From contig CM097885.1 of assembly GCA_044892525.1 (NCBI GenBank), positions 35,776,001 to 35,836,000 on the forward strand: a stretch of 60,000 nt of DNA, written 5' to 3'. Of this stretch, positions 1 through 15,279 are shown piece by piece. A program made the translations under genes and the position numbers. Each line of letters starts with the position of its first letter. The first letter of the stretch is position 1. The stretch comes from Schmidtea polychroa. Its lineage: Eukaryota. Under the pieces are notes generated by a model that made no database searches, had not been told where the DNA came from, and saw only the letters and a program-made list of their open reading frames with translations.

Positions 1-1836
1 CAGGGATTAAGTATTGTTGATTAAAATGTTGACGTTTTCGATTTATGTAAAACTTTTAAACTACGTGTAAATGTAATCTAAACCAAATTGATTTGACTAC
101 AAACCAAATTGAATAGAAATTGATTTGAAAAAATATAAATAAAACCAAATTGATTTGAAAAAAAACCAAATAGACTTCAAAACCCTGTAAAGTAAGATGT
201 TAAAAGGCTTAATATGTCCAAGCTCTTGTCGTTCAATGACGATAGAATTTTAGTTGCGAATTTACCACATCCTGAGAAAACTCGTTCAGATTTCACACTA
301 GCAAACGGAATTGAATTCAAATCGTTGTAGCATCTTTCGAGATTTGGTTCCCACGTTCCCTTCATTAAGCCACGACTACAAAATGATTCACATGCCAATT
401 TTATAGGTTCAAGTGTTTCAATCAAATTACAAATTACTTTTAATTCATTCTCGTCAAATGACACAGTTGATCCAACATCGATTAATGATTTCAAAATACA
501 ATTCTTTACTTGATAAAATCGTTGCAACATAAAGAAAAGACTGTTCCAACATGTATTAACACCGAAGATTGAAGATCGCTGCCAAATTGTTCCTTGATTT
601 GTTTCTACAGAATTTCGTTTTTTGTCGGTGATTTTCGGAACAATTTTACTGCAGTTCTTATTTTTTGGACCAATGGATGCAAGTTATCCGCCAACTCCAG
701 CTCTTCTTCTTCACTAACATTTGAAATCCTTCATCTTCATCTCTATCCTCCCATTCACTGTCAGCATTATCTCCAGATACTTCCTTTGATGCAGATTTAG
801 GTTTTTGTAGAGCACATATAAGATTGCTAGGTGCACGGCATATTGACGTGATGACAACCATCACGCGCTATCATACGGGCCAGTACTGCTTCAAGAAAGT
901 TATCACGAATGACAATACTTTGCGATTGAGCGTTTTACTCATTGGATTTCCTAGATTGCTTCGCTTTGCTGGTGGTTCTGCATTTGCCGAGGGGGCCTCT
1001 TCATCTTTATATTGGAGTGCATTGATGACAAGTGCGTGTGAAAACAACTTGTTGATTTTACAGGTATCTTCAATATTTTGACATATTTTGCATTTGCTAA
1101 ACTCTCCTGACACTTCACGTAAGAAGTACTTCCAATTTGGTGTTTTTTCAATCGCAGTTTGCCTGCACTCATTAAAAATCAATTTTTTATTTTCAGATAT
1201 GGGTGTGAACTATAAATTTTAATTAAAAAAGTATTTTAATCGAATTTATATCAATTACTTTACCGATAATATGAATCTTCAATTGTACAACATTCGAAAT
1301 AATTCATTCAATTCAGTCCAAATTTGAAATTATGTTTGTAAATCCATTTTCTACTTGGGACGATATTTTTTATTAAAAACTGAGTTTGCAGAAGACTTAG
1401 CTGACATGCAACACATTTATTTTCACAACGAGCTAGATTGTTTGTAACATTAAACAGGTACATAAGTATTCATACATTTATTTATTTTACGGGTGTATGT
1501 AGTTGTGAAAAGTAAGTGAAAAATTATTTTTTTGACATCAGCTAAGATGAAAATAGAGACAGTCAAAAGGTAAAGAAATTAACAAAATATTTAGTAAGCC
1601 TCTATAAAGGAGTTACAAATATGATTCTATAATCAAGATCAAATTTAAATATTATTTAAAAAATTTTGAATTTTTATTCAATTATCTATGACGTTTTATT
1701 CTGAGCAATTGGGTGATAATAATAAATAATCGATACCAACACCGAAATACCGGGATTGTCAAAATCTCAATACCGGTATTAGGGTATTAGAAAAAAGTCC
1801 GAGATAATGGGATACCTGTGGGGATCGCAATCCCGG
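1..1836 (-). mobile_element. Degenerate hAT (Ac-like) DNA transposon with fragmented transposase
   Basis: Starts CAGGGATT and ends GCAATCCCGG (1827-1836), matching the CAGGGATTGC TIR family seen elsewhere in the window. AAACCAAATTG subterminal repeats at 80-170. Minus-strand fragments include a BED finger (WKYFLREVSGEFSKCKICQ) and a hAT dimerisation motif (SVKSERVFSGCG...SSLNDKSLD). The TSD cannot be checked at the window edge. Confidence 0.8.
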
Positions 1837-1849
1837 AGCCTTTTTTATC

Positions 1850-2640
1850 AGCGAGGTATTTCGGGATTGCTTTTTGTTGATCCCAGGATCCCGGGATTAA
1901 CCTAATAGAATTTTGTTATTATTTATTTGGAGAAACTGAAAAATTTTACAAAATTTAATTTTAAAATTTTTTTTATTTAGAAAAAAAGAAAAAGAAAACA
2001 TTACATATTAAATTCACAAAATTCATTATTTATTATTATTATATTTATTAAAAAAAGCTTGAAAACTATAAATCAGTAAATATATCGATATATTTACTGA
2101 TTTATAGTCTTCAAGCTCTTTAATAAATTCAATGGACAAAAAAATAAGTAGTGAAATTGGAAAAAAAGTTCTTATAATATTATTATATTATAGATATGGA
2201 AAACATGGCAAGAAAAAAATATTTTTTTTACCGACTTATAAAATGTTTATTTTAAATTAGTTTCTTTTTGACTGTTGGTGAAAAATTCCTCAAAGGAAAC
2301 ACAATAAATCGACAGTATCGTCATTTAGACGTGAACGAAACTTAGTGCATAAAATTCCCGCACCTGAATAAGCTCGCTCCGAATCTACACTTGTAGGTGG
2401 AGTGGTTAACAAAAAATTATATAGCATATTTAAATTAACACCGAGAGCACCTCCATTTTCATAAAGTGCCATCTCTCTTTTTAAAACTAGATTTAAGTTA
2501 TTTGCTGATGATACAGATGGCACTAGGGATTTTGCTAATCCTTTCTCAATTGCTAATTGTAGCTGATCTTGCATTGGTATTGTCGTATTAGTTTCTGGTG
2601 GATCATTCAAAATATCATTCAAAATAAAAAAAGATTATAA
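1850..2640 (-). mobile_element. Second hAT remnant: transposase C-terminal dimerisation domain plus subterminal repeats
   Basis: ORF 2290-2622 contains PPTSVDSERAYSGAGILCTKFRSRLNDDTVDLLCFL. CGGGATT/GATCCC repeats at 1860-1900. Confidence 0.8.
2056..2117. repeat. 62-bp loopless palindrome
   Basis: AGCTTGAAAACTATAAATCAGTAAATATATC|GATATATTTACTGATTTATAGTCTTCAAGCT, one mismatch, centre at 2086/2087. Confidence 0.9.
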
Positions 2641-3173
2641 AATACGTAAATTACGTAAACTGTCGAATTCTTTTTAAGTTGCTACATTTTCGTATGCTGC
2701 CTTAGTTGCTTAACTAAGTTAAATTTTTGTAGAATAACTTGAGATATGCGGTCGTGCCTTTTCATCAAGAATGTTAAAACTTTTTCAATTGACTAACGTT
2801 GCAGTTCTTGCAGCGTTTTATAGATTTCGTGTCCGTACTTAATTGTTGTAATGTTTTTACTGGATTTCATAATCAATAGTAGACCATTCCAGTTGTTGAT
2901 TACCGAAAATTTACAGTAAACCTTTTGACGCAACTTTAGGTTTAGAAAGTATTTTGGTGCTTCATTTTAGTTCAGTAATCGTTGTCACCCGAAATCTAAT
3001 TTTCATTATATGCCACAATGAAGATGAAGAATGAGTAGTTGGTGTACATAGCAGAGTTCATAATCGCGATTTTCTTTTATTCCAGTTCAGATCATAGAGA
3101 TCCATTTGAAACACGTTTATAAATAGCAATCACCATCTTATTCTTATATCGCTTTATTCGGTTTAAATTTCAG

Positions 3174-3600
3174 CCTATTTTAAATATTACCTCATCAATT
3201 GGAGAACTGAACAAAGCTATAAAAGATTGTAAACAACAGATATTAAAACTTATGGACAATGAAGAAGCAAAAAATCGCTATATCTTACAGTTAGTAGAAC
3301 TAAATCAAACATTACATACAGTGAAAGAAGCGAATAAAATTCAAAATGAATCCGACACAATCGAATATATTCAAAGATCTCCAGATATCGATACAAAACA
3401 AATTGTCATTGCTGGACATCAATTGAAAAAGTGTCGAAAAGGAATCGGTAAAAGGAAATATTGTGAAATATGCCAAGGTCCTATTCGAACTGGTACTTCA
3501 ATTTACAACTGTTTATCGTGCATTATCTATATCCATTCATCTAAATTATGTTTGCAAAGGCTCCAGCGTGTCTGTCCTGCTTCAAATCTTGGCCACCCTT
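3174..3600 (+). CDS. DEF8: DEF8-like protein, internal exon (helical region plus C1 domain)
   Basis: Acceptor TTTCAG ends 3173, donor GT at 3601. ELNKAIKDCKQQILKL resembles DEF8 QLRQAIEECKQVILEL, followed by a C1 finger H...CEIC...YNCLSC...H..C...CP. Confidence 0.8.
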
Positions 3601-4859
3601 GTTAGCTTTTCGTTTATTACTATAATAATATTAATAATATATTTTTGTAAAATCTACAATTTCAGCATGTAAGTTCACCTTTTTACCTTATTTATAATGG
3701 TTAGTAAAATATTTCGCTCGATATGCTCTATATTTAGATATATACATTTCTAACGGTGATTTTTATATTTCTTCAGGCACAAAATCAAATTCATTAAAAC
3801 AAAAAAATAAATATGGTGACCAATTAATTAAAACAAAAAATAAAATGGCGACAATTAAAACAACGTGTTATTAGTACACCAATCATGACTGATTATACAA
3901 TTATACGAGTTATACCAATCATTTGATTACGTAACCAAAGTGGCATATGAAGCCATATAATTACGCAATTAATATACTATATAAAGTATGATGATTATAC
4001 AATCGGATATGTGATTACATCACCATTAACTCTATTAGCACTTTCAATACGATTTTTTATTTTAATAATTCATGTAATATTTATAGCACAAAATATTTAT
4101 TGCTAATTTAGTTTGACAGGAAAACAAATATTTAAATAAATGACCTTATTATTTATTGATTATTGCAAAATAATAATTGGGACATATTGCCTCAATAGTA
4201 TTGGTGAGTGGGTCGTATGTGTCCCAAAATTTTATAGAAAATAAAAAAAGCAGATAGGTTTGGAATTGTTTACTAGCCTATGACGTACAGTACTAAAATC
4301 CCAGATCCCAAGCATTTAAATTATTTTAGTAATTATTAGAAATTCCCTACAGTATTGAAAGGGTTAACACACAAAATTTGAAAATGTTCTCTATTGTAAT
4401 ATTAGCGTTACTGACAACCTGCTATGATCAACCTGATTATTTTAAAGAAATTTATTGATATTTTGTCATCAAACAATATCAAAACCTATTTTTTGATCTA
4501 TGGTAAAAAATTAAATATTAATATGTACACTTATATGATCTTATTTAATGTCTGTTTTGATTACTGTTTTACATAATGACATTATTATTTTCAAAGGTCA
4601 TAACTAAGTTGTCAAGTGCTTTAATGGAATAAAATTTCGATATATGGTGGATATTGATTCACTCCCGAAACGCCATGCCCTATTCTGAGGCATACACTTT
4701 CTTTCCTAGAGTGGAAAACTCGTTTACTCAAAAAATTTCGTCAATTTTTGATACATCCTTACATTATATGATTTAGTAAAATCTTATAATTTCAGTGAAA
4801 TTATGGTTAATTTTATATAATTAGTTACAGATACACACACGCACACACACTGCATCAAG

Positions 4860-6040
<1,181 letters not shown>

Positions 6041-6049
6041 TTTATAATT

Positions 6050-6201
6050 TAATGAAATTACCTTCAATGTTAGACATTGTTTGGTAATATAATACGTTGA
6101 TTGAGAGAATACTTTATTAATATCCGGAACGACTATAGCGTCTTTCTAGACCATTTGTTTAGATTTCGAACCATTTATAAATTGTTCATTTATAATTATA
6201 A

Positions 6202-6268
<67 letters not shown>

Positions 6269-6598
6269 CTTATTGTCATCGCATTTCATCATGCTTCTAT
6301 AAATCGCCTCCTCACCACCATACGTAGTATGATCATGGATTAAATCACAGATCTGTGTAGCTAGTTGATCAACTGGAATTGGCTCTTGCAAAGTTGGCAA
6401 ATAACGGGAGTTTAATCTCCTCTGATCTGAAAAAATATTAACATCTAACGTAATTCGAGCCACTGCGCATGAAATATCCTTCGTAACCATTCCGAAATAA
6501 GTACCAGGACGACCCTCGGCTTCCACTGCTTATTCAAATGGATATAAACTATTGTACGGAGAAAAAATAGTTGTTCAATTATCATATCTTCGAGCCAT
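6050..6598 (-). pseudogene. PSMA4: Proteasome subunit alpha type-4 (alpha-3) pseudogene
   Basis: From ATG 6598 it reads MARRYDN*TTIFSPYNSLYPFE*AVEA...GTYFGMVTKD/ISCAVARITLDVNIF...QEPIPVDQLATQICD...TTYGG. Two in-frame stops, a deletion of roughly 30 codons and a (TA)n interruption. Confidence 0.9.
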
Positions 6599-7822
6599 CA
6601 TGACCATTTTAAAAGAAAACAAGAAAATCTTCAAAAAACTTCACCTAATAAATCACCCTTTAAATCAAAAAAATTTTTAACTCCAAGAAAATTAATAAAA
6701 GATAATTTCAATTTGACAATAATTAAAATTTAACACAAAACATCGACTCGCGTCTGTCTATAAAGCATGGTTTACGATACATTATTTGTATTTTAATTGG
6801 CTTAAAATTAAACTTAAATAATATAACATTCAATTCACGATATAAAACAGAGATGCCATCAACAACGATTCGGAATCGTTTTTTATTTGATTCCAAGTTA
6901 TTGTTAATATAATAAAGCTAAAAGATCACTACAATTTTTGTTCTAATTCAAAAAATAATATTGTCTGTAGAATCATATACTTCAATGACGTAGGATGGTT
7001 TTAAATTCATTTATAATATTGCTTGTGTTATCAATGGGATGCTCGTGTAAACCATTTACTTTCTCCAAATTCTGATTATTGGTAAAGCATGTGACTTTAC
7101 ACCCTAAAAATGTGCATATCCAATATTCGTTTTGATTGCCGCCTTTACCGTTTTTTAAACAAAAATTGGTGTCTTATTTTGGCACGAGTGTCTTCTTCTT
7201 ATTTTTTATCCAACTTATTGTGTGAGTTTTTAAGTTTTTATTAAAAATAAAATCGTCGATTATTTGATTTTATTATCTTTTAAACACCTTGTTTATATTT
7301 TCAATTTTATGAGAACTCCAGTTTAAGGGAATTCCACTTTACAGCTATGAGCCCTAAAAGTTAATATTAAATTCCATTCATTTTACATTCAAGAATGATA
7401 ATCCATCTTTATCAATATCAGTAAAATCCTTTATATCAATGGCATAAATATGTGTTACACTGGGAAAAATGACCTAAAGTTTTAATGAAAATAAATTAAA
7501 AGTTAAAAACATTCATCTTTAGTTAAACATTTGTTTATTAGACATTTGACTTCAGATAAAAAACAGTTAAATATGTTAGGTCTAAAAATGTAGGAAGTCA
7601 TTGAAATAATGAGATTCAGTAAATGTGGGGCATCCTTTTACTGAATGTCATTTAAATAATAGTTAAGAACAGATTTTAAAATACTGAGTTAAATTTTCCA
7701 TTTTTTACTACAAAGATATATTTTCGCATAATCACCATAATTCGTCGAATCTGTCCAATGTATAACATTTTTTGCTCTTTCACTTGATTCACAAACTAAT
7801 TGAAAATATTTTATGTTTTTAG

Positions 7823-8118
7823 CTTTATTTCAATCTCAAATTATCAATAGTCGTCGGTATTCGTCAGCCAACGATGATTTAACCATAAACATTGACAAAT
7901 TTCCATTATCAGGAAATTTATTATCCCAGAAATTCTTATGTGATGAATGCAGCTTTCCAATTATTCCATTTAACAATAAAAATGTCTCTAATCTATCAAG
8001 ATCGCGATCAGTATTTTGTAATTATTATCGAAAATTCTATTGCACTTCTTGCCATTGGGGCAATACATTCTACATTCCAGCGGTCTATTTTATATTGAAT
8101 ACTTGGATAAAATTACCT
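7823..8118 (+). CDS. DEF8: DEF8-like exon (start of Rubicon-homology domain)
   Basis: AG at 7821-7822 and GTAAGT at 8119; phase matches the previous exon. LLSQKFLCDEC...FCNYYRKFYCTSCHWGNTFYIPA...NTW resembles DEF8 LDSQDYRCAEC...[22 protein letters not shown]. Confidence 0.88.
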
Positions 8119-8231
8119 GTAAGTTATAAAATTCACTGAAAATTACTATTAGTTTTATTATTTAATCACAATAAACTGATCGCAAAGTTCATTCATTAAA
8201 GGACATTTAAAATTATCCAGTAATGATTTAG

Positions 8232-8271
<40 letters not shown>

Positions 8272-9060
8272 GTAGTAGTAGTAGTAGTAGTTTGATACGT
8301 TCGTACGCGCTACTGATGGGGTAAGTTAGTTTTGAATAAGTAATATGAAATATGTTTTTATGTTAATAAGTGCGTGCGTGTGGTGTGTAAGGAGATTTGA
8401 AGAGCCCGATAGAGTCTCCGATAAAAAAATAGGTGTTGGGACAATCGGGGTGTATGTGTGTACGTTTACGAAATATTACAAAATAACAGGTATTTAAAAT
8501 TACAAATTTATTAATAAAGAAAATGATACTTCGAGATACTTTCACGATAATAGGAAGGTGTATGGATCGATCCTTCTGTAATGCTTCGATTATATTTATA
8601 TTATAACTTGAAGTTGTTTATTCTAACGATAATATTTGGGGCGATTAGTTCTTAGACAAATTCAGTAACTTTAGTACTAGTCTTGTCCGGTTTTTCACTT
8701 TATTTTTTCTAGTTCTAGGATTACTTAATCCTTTAATTTATCTTCTTAAGATCTTTCTCAGAATTGGAATTTAATTTCGTTATCAATTGGCTTCTGGATC
8801 TCTTTTCCTTTCTCCTGTAATTCTATCTTATCTCTTCCTGTTTCTTTGATGATAATTTGGTAAGTGATTTTCAATATATTCTCAATCTAGTTTCGGTTAT
8901 GTCTTCAGTTAATTCGTTTATTCTAACTTTCGGTTAATTTTTCAACTTTTAATTCAGTTTATAGATTTTTAAATCTATTTTTCTAATTTTCAATTTTTTC
9001 TATAGTAAATTACTATAGTAAATTATCGCTATATATTATATATTTTTTTAATATCCTTCA

Positions 9061-9985
9061 CCCGGCGCTAAGACCAAAAGAAAACAAATCCTAATTGGAA
9101 TGACGTTGAAAACCACAATGACGGTTTTAAAACAACAATTTATTACATAACTTCCCCCTTTAAAACAGGAGGTTAACATGGGTCAATAAAAAGTAACATA
9201 ATACAAATAACATTCAATAACGTTTTTTATTTTTCTTTGTATGTTTTTATATGTTTTTTGTTTCTGTTTTTTTCTATATATATACAACCTGGATAAAACA
9301 AAAAATTTACAACCAGTTACGTTAATACAAATATATAAATAAAACTGTACAATTAGTATTGTTTGTGCGTGTGTTTTGTTTTTTTATGTTTCTATTTTAT
9401 TTAAGGGAATCGCTGTATCGTTTTTTGTATTGGGGTGGGTAGATGTCTGACTGTTATTTTGTTCAGTATTCTGTAATCACTACAAGCTCTCCATTCGCCA
9501 TTAGCTTTTGGTTTTAGCATCAGTGCTGAAGACCATTCAGGTTTTGAATGCCTGACTATGTTGTTTTCCAATAGTTCGTTGAAAATGTATTTTGTGATTT
9601 CTATTTTTTTGGGATCCAGTGGCCTTACTTTTGCATGTACTGTATTTCCATTTGTCAGTATTGCGTGTTCGGTAGTTTGTTCTGATTTGTCGTCAAATTG
9701 GACTGGTTCCATTAGTTCTTTTTTAATTTCTGGAAATCTGCTCCTATTATTGCTTGTTGAACGTCAGCTATTGTGAATGTCCAGTTGTAGTTTTTTTTGT
9801 TTATATTCAGATTTAGTGTTTGTTGTTTTGATGCTTGTTCCGTTGGCTGCTGTTAACGGTTTATCTGCAGTTTTTGTATTTTTATACATGTAATGTGGCA
9901 GTAATGAGATCACTGAATTTATTAATTTATTATTTACCCACGAATTTTCGGCACTGCCTTTGTCAAGTGAATATTCAACAAACAT
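9061..9985 (-). mobile_element. Gypsy LTR retrotransposon remnant (protease and RT N-terminus, PPT)
   Basis: ELLENNIVRHSKPEWSSALMLKPKANGEWRACSDYRILNKIT is the Gypsy RT N-terminal motif. Degenerate protease site LDKGSAENS. Minus-strand AAAGGGGGAAG PPT near 9151-9161 precedes TGTAA. Confidence 0.85.
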
Positions 9986-10045
9986 CGATATATTACTGAT
10001 TTATAGTCTTCAAACTCTCTTTTTATTGAATTATTATTATTATTA

Positions 10046-10113
<68 letters not shown>

Positions 10114-10163
10114 ATTATTTTTATTATATTATAATTATTATTATCATTATCATTATTACTCAG

Positions 10164-10331
10164 GTTTGTCGAAGTGCCTATATCAAACTTAAATTTGCTT
10201 GGAATTTAATACTTTTCAGAATACCTCAATTTTGGGAACAAAACAACATATATGCCAAAGAAATATTAATGATGCGAATGAAAATGTTTCGACTAAGACC
10301 TTTTATACGTGAGTGCAGCGCTTTGAAAAAT
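10164..10331 (+). CDS. DEF8: DEF8-like exon
   Basis: CAG acceptor ends 10163. Open frame VCRSAYIKLKFAWNLILFRI...EILMMRMKMFRLRPFIREC. Donor at 10332, followed by a 47-nt intron. Not in the ORF track. Confidence 0.8.
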
Positions 10332-10378
10332 GTAAATTTATTCATAATAATTTCAAGATCCAGCGTTTTATTTTCTAG

Positions 10379-10522
10379 TTAATTCGGCATTATGATGATT
10401 GGTTAATCGAGCAACCTTATTTATTAACCATGCGGTTTGTGCATAATATAAGCAATGGATCAGCAGTAAAAACAATTCAGTTTTTACACAGTAATATACT
10501 CGATCACATTCCTGACTGCGAG
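10379..10522 (+). CDS. DEF8: DEF8-like exon
   Basis: TTTTCTAG acceptor. LIRHYDDWLIEQPYLLTM...LDHIPDCE resembles DEF8 ...AKHIKLDCE. Donor GTATT at 10523. Confidence 0.8.
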
Positions 10523-10849
10523 GTATTATTCAATATTTAATCATCATTGTTGTACTGATAGTTGTCTATTTCCCCATAATCCCCTCCATTCCTCCCTGAG
10601 GCAATAAATGTCAATATGAATAGTAGGATGTGTGCCCCCCCATTCTGAGGAAAAAAATATTAAGATAAAATTTTGATTAATATTTTTTTGTAGATCAACT
10701 AATACTTTCATGTAGGTCAACCCAATTTCAATGATTTTCATGAAATTTCTCAAAATGTTTATGTAGGTCACTCTTATAAAAACTTGTCCCCCCCCCAGGA
10801 CAATCGATATATAGTTATATAGATTTCATAAATAAATAGATTTATAGAT

Positions 10850-11620
10850 TTAATTTATATAGATTTAATATATAAGTAAGTCATATAGATTTAATAAATA
10901 AGTAGGTCATGTAGATTTAATAAATAAGTAAGACATATTTAATAAATAAGTAGGTCATATAAATCTAATAAGTAGGTGATATAGATTTAATAAATAAGTA
11001 GGTCATGTAGATTTAATAAATAAGTAAGACATATTTAATAAATAAGTGAGTCATATAAATCTAATAAGTAGGTGATATAGATTTCATAAATAAGTAGGTC
11101 ATATAGATTTAATAAATAAGTAGGTCATGTAGATTTAATAAATAAGTAAGACATATTTAATAAATAAGTGGGTCATATAAATCTAATAAGTAGGTGATAT
11201 AGATTTCATAAATAAGTAGGTCATATAGATTTAATAAATAAGTAGGTCATGTAGATTTAATAAATAAGTAAGACATATTTAATAAATAAGTGAGTCATAT
11301 AAATCTAATAAGTAGGTGATATAGATTTCATAAATAATTAGAACATATAGATTTAATAAATAAGTAGGTCATGTAGATTTAATAAATAAGTAAGACATAT
11401 TTAATAAATAAGTGGGTCATATAAATCTAATAAGTAGGTGATATAGATTTCATAAATAAGTAGGTCATATAGATTTAATAAATAAGTAGGTCATGTAGAT
11501 TTAATAAATAAGTAAGACATATTTAATAAATAAGTGAGTCATATAAATCTAATAAGTAGGTGATATAGATTTCATAAATAAGTAGGTCATATAGATTTAA
11601 TAAATAATTAGAACATAATA
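10850..11620. repeat. Intronic minisatellite, 122-bp period built from ~22-26-bp subunits
   Basis: ATAGATTTAATAAATAA recurs in register at 10981, 11103, 11225, 11347, 11469 and 11591. Confidence 0.95.
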
Positions 11621-12213
11621 TATAGTTTCCATAAATATTCTGACATAAAATCGGTCAAAGAAGACAAATATATATTGGAGGTAGTAAAACTAGTTGTGTG
11701 TGTGTGCGTGTAATGGGCAATAAATAAGGGATAGTCAAAAACTTTTAAGACAAAAAAATTTTTTGCGAAAAATGATGTAGTTCAAATCGATTTTAAAAGC
11801 AGGGGCACGCTAACTCAACATTGATTATTGAAAGTCTCTCACTTTGTATTTCGGTTATCAGTAACTCATTTCGAAGGGTTTCTCTCAGGCTAACAATCTC
11901 TCAGCAAACCATCATATACCCAAATAAAATCACCACGCGGAAGATTTAAAACAATATATAATAATTCTGTATCATCAGAAGCAACAACGTATTGTTTGTT
12001 AATAAATGTCAACTCCATCATAGAAATTGTACATTTTCATATCTTGTAGATTCTATGGGTTCCTTTAATGTGATGTGTGCTGAGGCCCATGACATTTCCG
12101 GAATACCATAGAACAAGTATTTTTGGATTCTATTATTATACTTATATATAACAAATCATTAATGAACTTTATAAATAGAAAATATCAGTATATTATTAAA
12201 TATTTCATTTTAG

Positions 12214-12330
12214 ATCTGTAAAAATCTATGTTCATCTTGTTCTCTATGTACGGATAAACAGATAATATATCCTAGACCGGGAGTTTCATGGTCATGCTCA
12301 AAATGTTGTTTTTCAAATGTCCATGAGTAA
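12214..12330 (+). CDS. DEF8: DEF8-like exon (C-terminal zinc ligands)
   Basis: TTTTAG acceptor ends 12213. ICKNLCSSCSLCTDKQIIYP...CSKCCFSNVHE resembles DEF8 RCQAKGFVCELC...LFP...CADCSAVFH. It ends either at TAA 12328-12330 or at a GT donor at 12327. Confidence 0.78.
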   Translation: MCKNLCSSCSLCTDKQIIYPRPGVSWSCSKCCFSNVHE

Positions 12331-12357
12331 TATTCATATTATTTTTATATCAGCTCA

Positions 12358-13372
<1,015 letters not shown>

Positions 13373-13785
13373 TATATCATTTCATTGTTGATGAATTACT
13401 TGCATTAGTATTTGTAATAACAGGAAACTTTATTTAAATACTAAAATAATTAATAACACTCAAAAACAAATTTCTATACGCATAATTAAACATTATGAAA
13501 TGTTATTTGAAAAATTAATCAATAAAGATCTCGTAAAGCACTTCTGTTTTTCAAGAAATTTAAACAATCATCGCTGAGATATTTTGTAATTTCCTGCAAA
13601 ATGAATTCTAATTTTTTGAAATGAGCGAAATATTATAACAAATTTCATAACTCACACCACGCTTGTGCTAGGAACTGGATTATTGGTCAGTGAATTAGAA
13701 AGCTAACCTAATAACTTGACTTAAAAATTTTAGTAAATTTTCGCTTTCGAGAATGCCAAATTTCCACAATGCTCACATTACATTG

Positions 13786-13831
<46 letters not shown>

Positions 13832-14886
13832 CGGATATTATAACAAATATTATATCAAATATTATAACCACCCTAATAGTAACACAATTCATTAATCTAA
13901 ATTTATCAATATCTCATTGTGAGAAGCGGCATTTAATATAGCATTCAATAAAAAAGTTATTGAACACATGGGACAAGGAAACTGTTGATGAGAGTAGTTG
14001 GGAGTGGGAGATACACATCGCTTAGTTCTCACGAGTAGATTCTGGTGAATGAAATATTTCAGCTCAGAATAATGAAAATAAAGGTTACAAGGACTTTTAT
14101 ATCTGGTGGTCTTTCCTCGGCTGAGCAGAATAACAAAAGCATAATGGCACGAAATGACCTATAAACGGACCTATAATCTTGCAGTGCTGAAATCCTAGAT
14201 CCCCAATACATCTCTAGTATATATCAGAACTCCTTTGGGACAATGTGTTAACGAAACCCAAATAATAATGCACATTTTGGATTATTCATCGAATAGTCGA
14301 ACTTTCTTAAATTTTAGCAATTTAGATCGTGCGGATTAAAGAATTTCAAAACAGAATCAGATTTTATTTGCCTAAACTGTTTGAAAATATAACCGAACAG
14401 TTTTGAGTTATTTTTTAAAATTTAATTATTTTGATTTTTCTATCATTCGATTTTTAAAAAATTTTTATTTTGTATTACGCAATTTCGCCGTATGATGTTA
14501 AATACAAAAATTCTTATTTGTGTAAATTTACCAAATTATTATATATTTGTTATTATATACTATGTTAGATTATATATTTTTATTGGAAATTTTAATTTTA
14601 CCACTTTATTTAACTCTGTGTTTGCACAAATGATAAAATTAGATTTGGCATATTTAGCGTATTAAAGTTTTTAATCAGATTTGGTAGTCATAATTGAACT
14701 ATCGATTATAATTATTATTGACAATAAATGCACATATATATATATTGCATTAATTGATTTTAACCTTGATTTTAAAAATTTATTTTCAATGACGTATTTC
14801 TGATGAAATTCTGTTTTTCATTTCTTTGACATTTATATCATTGCTTGATAAGCTCAATTTTGTAAATTTCCACTCCAGATTCGGTA

Positions 14887-15279
14887 TTCATATCAAATGA
14901 GGTTAAGAAAATTCACACATGCACGCGTGAAACTAATTGTTTAAATGGAACGATTAATAGGTCTGATGACTAGCACTATATGAAAGATGGGAAATTCAAA
15001 AAATCAGTCCCCATTTTAGTATGAAAAAATTTAGAGTAATCCTGAGAATAATTATGTAAACAAAAGAAGTTGAGTATTATGGAAACATTCTAAATAATCA
15101 AAATATATTGGGTTGATCTCTGAGTTGCTATTATGTTAATAAACATCATGTGTCATACACTGAGTTGCAATTGATAAAATTAGTCTTTGATATTAGAAAC
15201 ATAATCAATAAATTATATTATAAGATACATACAAACTCGCATGTGTGCTAAAAATTCATTCATATATACCACAGTCCCT
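14887..15279 (+). repeat. Third copy of the flank segment (direct repeat of 25664-26056, inverted repeat of ~15452-15844)
   Basis: Base-by-base comparison shows 7 substitutions within 14902-15032, then identity up to ACAGTCCCT at 15279. Confidence 0.95.
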
